This document shows, piece by piece, positions 60,948 through 64,000 of a stretch of 64,000 nucleotides of DNA. This DNA comes from Macrostomum lignano (taxonomy: Eukaryota). The notes below the pieces were generated by a model that did not search any database, was not told the DNA's origin, and saw only the letters and a program-made list of their open reading frames with translations. The translations under genes were made by a program, and so were the position numbers. The stretch spans positions 260,795 to 324,794 of the forward strand of contig NIVC01000479.1 in NCBI GenBank assembly GCA_002269645.1, read 5' to 3'. Each line of letters opens with the position of its first letter. Within the stretch, counting starts at the first letter, position 1.

Positions 60948-63449
60948 TCAATAATAGGCCTTGTGCGCTTCGGCCAGAGATTTCAGTATGGCACTGTGCG
61001 TTGACGACACGTCGGCTCGATTCCCGACGTCCATCCAGGTGACAAACTCGCCATCTCCAGCCAGTGCAGTCAGCATGGCCTGCGAGTCGAATTTTCTGCT
61101 AAACGCTTCGTGCAAATTTACCAGCTCAGTCTCTAGCCAAGCTGATGGAGCCTGGCTGTCTGGCGATCCTGGAAGGACCGAATGCTTCAGAGCGGCTGCT
61201 TGGATCTCGCTGCGAGCGTTGGCCGAGTCCGCAACCGACTCAACCCGGTCACTTAGCCATGCTTTGAGCTCGTTGGCTAAATTGCAGCAGGTGGCCGAGC
61301 ACCTGTGCGTAATAGGATGACATTTAGGTGATATCAGTTACTGACGTTCCCTGAGTCGCATCCGACAGTGCCACTCAAAATATCGACGTATGAGAATCAT
61401 GCTCGTAGTGTTCTTCAGCTACGGTCCTCAACTCCCCTATCCTATAATAGTGTCCTTCAGCTACGGTCCTCAACTCCCCTATCCTATAATAGTGTTCTTC
61501 AGCTACGGTCCTCAACTCCCCTATCCTATAATAGTGTTCTTCAGCTACGGTCCTCAACTCGCCTATCCATAATAGTGTTCTTCAGCTACGGTCCTCAACT
61601 CCCCTATCCTATAATAGTGTTCTTCAGCTACGGTCCTCAACTCCCCTATCCTATAATAGTGTTCTTCAGCTACGGTCCTCAACTCCCCTATCCTATAATA
61701 GTGTTCTTCAGCTACGGTCCTCAACTCCCCTATCCTATAATAGTGTTCTTCAGCTACGGTCCTCAACTCCCCTATCCTATAATAGTGTTCTTCAGCTACG
61801 GTCCTCAACTCCCCTATCCTATAATAGTGTCCTTCAGCTACGGTCCTCAACTCCCCTATCCTATAATAGTGTCCTTCAGCTACGGTCCTCAACTCCCCTA
61901 TCCTATAATAGTGTCCTTCAGCTACGGTCCTCAACTCCCCTATCCTATAATAGTGTCCTTCAGCTACGGTCCTCAACTCCCCTATCCTATAATAGTGTCC
62001 TTCAGCTACGGTCCTCAACTCCCCTATCCTATAATAGTGTTCTTCAGCTACGGTCCTCAACTCCCCTATCCTATAATAGTATCCTTCAGCTACGGTCCTC
62101 AACTCCCCTATCCTATAATAGTGTTCTTCAGCTACGGTCCTCAACTCCCCTATCCTATAATAGTGTTCTTCAGCTACGGTCCTCAACTCCCCTATCCTAT
62201 AATAGTGTTCTTCAGCTACGGTCCTCAACTCCCCTATCCTATAATAGTGTTCTTCAGCTACGGTCCTCAACTCCCCTATCCTATAATAGTGTTCTTCAGC
62301 TACGGTCCTCAACTCCCCTATCCTATAATAGTGTCCTTCAGCTACGGTCCTCAACTCCCCTATCCTATAATAGTGTCCTTCAGCTACGGTCCTCAACTCC
62401 CCTATCCTATAATAGTGTCCTTCAGCTACGGTCCTCAACTCCCCTATCCTATAATAGTGTTCTTCAGCTACGGTCCTCAACTCCCCTATCCTATAATAGT
62501 GTTATTCAGCTACGGTCCTCAACTCCCCTATCCTATAATAGTGTTCTTCAGCTACGGTCCTCAACTCCCCTATCCTATAATAGTGTCCTTCAGCTACGGT
62601 CCTCAACTCCCCTATCCTATAATAGTGTCCTTCAGCTACGGTCCTCAACTCCCCTATCCTATAATAGTGTCCTTCAGCTACGGTCCTCAACTCCCCTATC
62701 CTATAATAGTGTCCTTCAGCTACGGTCCTCAACTCCCCTATCCTATAATAGTGTCCTTCAGCTACGGTCCTCAACTCCCCTATCCTATAATAGTGTCCTT
62801 CAGCTACGGTCCTCAACTCCCCTATCCTATAATAGTGTCCTTCAGCTACGGTCCTCAACTCCCCTATCCTATAATAGTGTCCTTCAGCTACGGTCCTCAA
62901 CTCCCCTATCCTATAATAGTGTCCTTCAGCTACGGTCCTCAACTCCCCTATCCTATAATAGTGTTCTTCAGCTACGGTCCTCAACTCCCCTATCCTATAG
63001 TGCGCACCTGTGACTGCGGTGCTTCACCAGAAAACTGGGAAACTCCTGGCGATTTGCCCGAACGATGGTGGCAGCCTGCAGAACTGGTCGACCTCCGCGT
63101 TTAACCGCATTTTGCCTGTCGTCCCGCTTCCATCGGGTGACGGCCAGCACAGCGCAGTGGTTGGGGCCCCACAGCGGCAGGCCACCTCTGTCAGGCGCCG
63201 TTGTTGAAGTGCAGCTTTTGTACGGATTTCTCGGAGCCGAGTTCGCCACAGCGTACCTTGAGTAGAGAGTGTGAGGAAATTAACCGTTAAGAGAGCAATA
63301 AATCTGACTAATGATTCTATGGACTAATTGATTGTTTCACCTTCCGCCGTGAGACTTCCTGCTGAACCCGCCAGCCTGATCGAACCCATTGAAGCTGTCC
63401 TCAATGGCGTCTGTCGATTCCGGGTCCGCCCAGCCGCACAGACTCAATG
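60948..63449 (-). CDS. Last three exons of an unidentified protein-coding gene that begins beyond the window end
   Basis: Exons 63341-63449, 63008-63256, 60948-61302 have GT-AG sites and matching phases (2,2). They give about 237 stop-free codons ending ...SLAEAHKAYY-stop. No family recognised. Confidence 0.6.
61405..62998. repeat. Highly homogeneous 42-bp minisatellite (AGTGTYCTTCAGCTACGGTCCTCAACTCCCCTATCCTATAAT), about 38 copies, intronic
   Basis: Near-identical copies with no unique spacers. Confidence 0.95.
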
Positions 63450-63529
63450 CTGCAGATTTTCTTGACGACTGCAAATAATTTTTTTTCGGTTCATTTATTT
63501 GTAAATCCTCACACAAATACACGGCTAGA

Positions 63530-64000
63530 TATCCTCTTAGATATTCCTCAGATACCCATTCTGATACCTAATTAAATACCCACCCAGTTATCCACTTAGA
63601 TACCCACTTAGATAGCCACCTAGATAACCACAAAGATACATACTCACAAAATACCCAAAAATTTATGCAACCGGGTAACTTACCAAGCTACCCACACAAA
63701 GATACCCACAAAGATACCTACAATGATACCCACAAGATTTCCACAAATATACCCACAAAGATACCTAAAAGATACCCACAAAGATACCTAAAAGATACCC
63801 ACAAAGATACCTAAAAGATACCCACAAAGATACCTAAAAGATACCCACAAAGATACCCTCATACCCACAAAGATACCCACACAGATACCCACATAGATAA
63901 GCACAAAGATACCTACACTGATACCTACAAGATGCCCACAAAGATACCCACATACCCACAAAAGATACCCACAAAGACACCCAAGCATATCCGCAGCCGG
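63530..64000. repeat. Degenerate GATACCCACAAA-type array
   Basis: Recurrent AGATACCCACAA / AGATACCTAAA units. Confidence 0.85.

Noticed and set aside
60948-61302. Spectrin-repeat assignment for the terminal exon
   Set aside because: Only a helical LKAWL resemblance; Pro-rich interruptions and the upstream exons do not fit.
61368-63104. 578-aa ORF, and the array as a possible CRISPR
   Set aside because: Pure 42-bp tandem repeat without unique spacers, no cas genes, eukaryotic context; it lies in a predicted intron on the other strand.

Overview
This is intron-rich animal genomic DNA, not prokaryotic: no CRISPR, rRNA or tRNA was seen. Its heavy load of 11-47 bp minisatellites suggests a flatworm such as Macrostomum (inference only). 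All gene models were built by hand from GT-AG sites and phase matching. Left to right: (1) seven minus-strand exons of an ADAMTS-like TSP1+Ig gene (621-7584) running off the window start; (2) two plus-strand, four-exon TNF-superfamily type II membrane ligand genes (13138-15139 and 24094-27337) with identical intron phases and a shared Cys-containing insertion; (3) two minus-strand single-Ig type I membrane genes that share an Asp in the predicted TM helix; (4) an orphan secreted 112-aa protein; (5) three tandem copies of a prepropeptide ending in a C-L-x-K-F-C ring reminiscent of urotensin II; (6) three terminal exons of an unidentified minus-strand gene. In between lie about 30 tandem-repeat arrays, hAT-type non-autonomous elements (some nested, with 8-bp TSDs), three defective mariner elements and LINE/SINE fragments. 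Most long ORFs in the supplied track are tandem-repeat artefacts.
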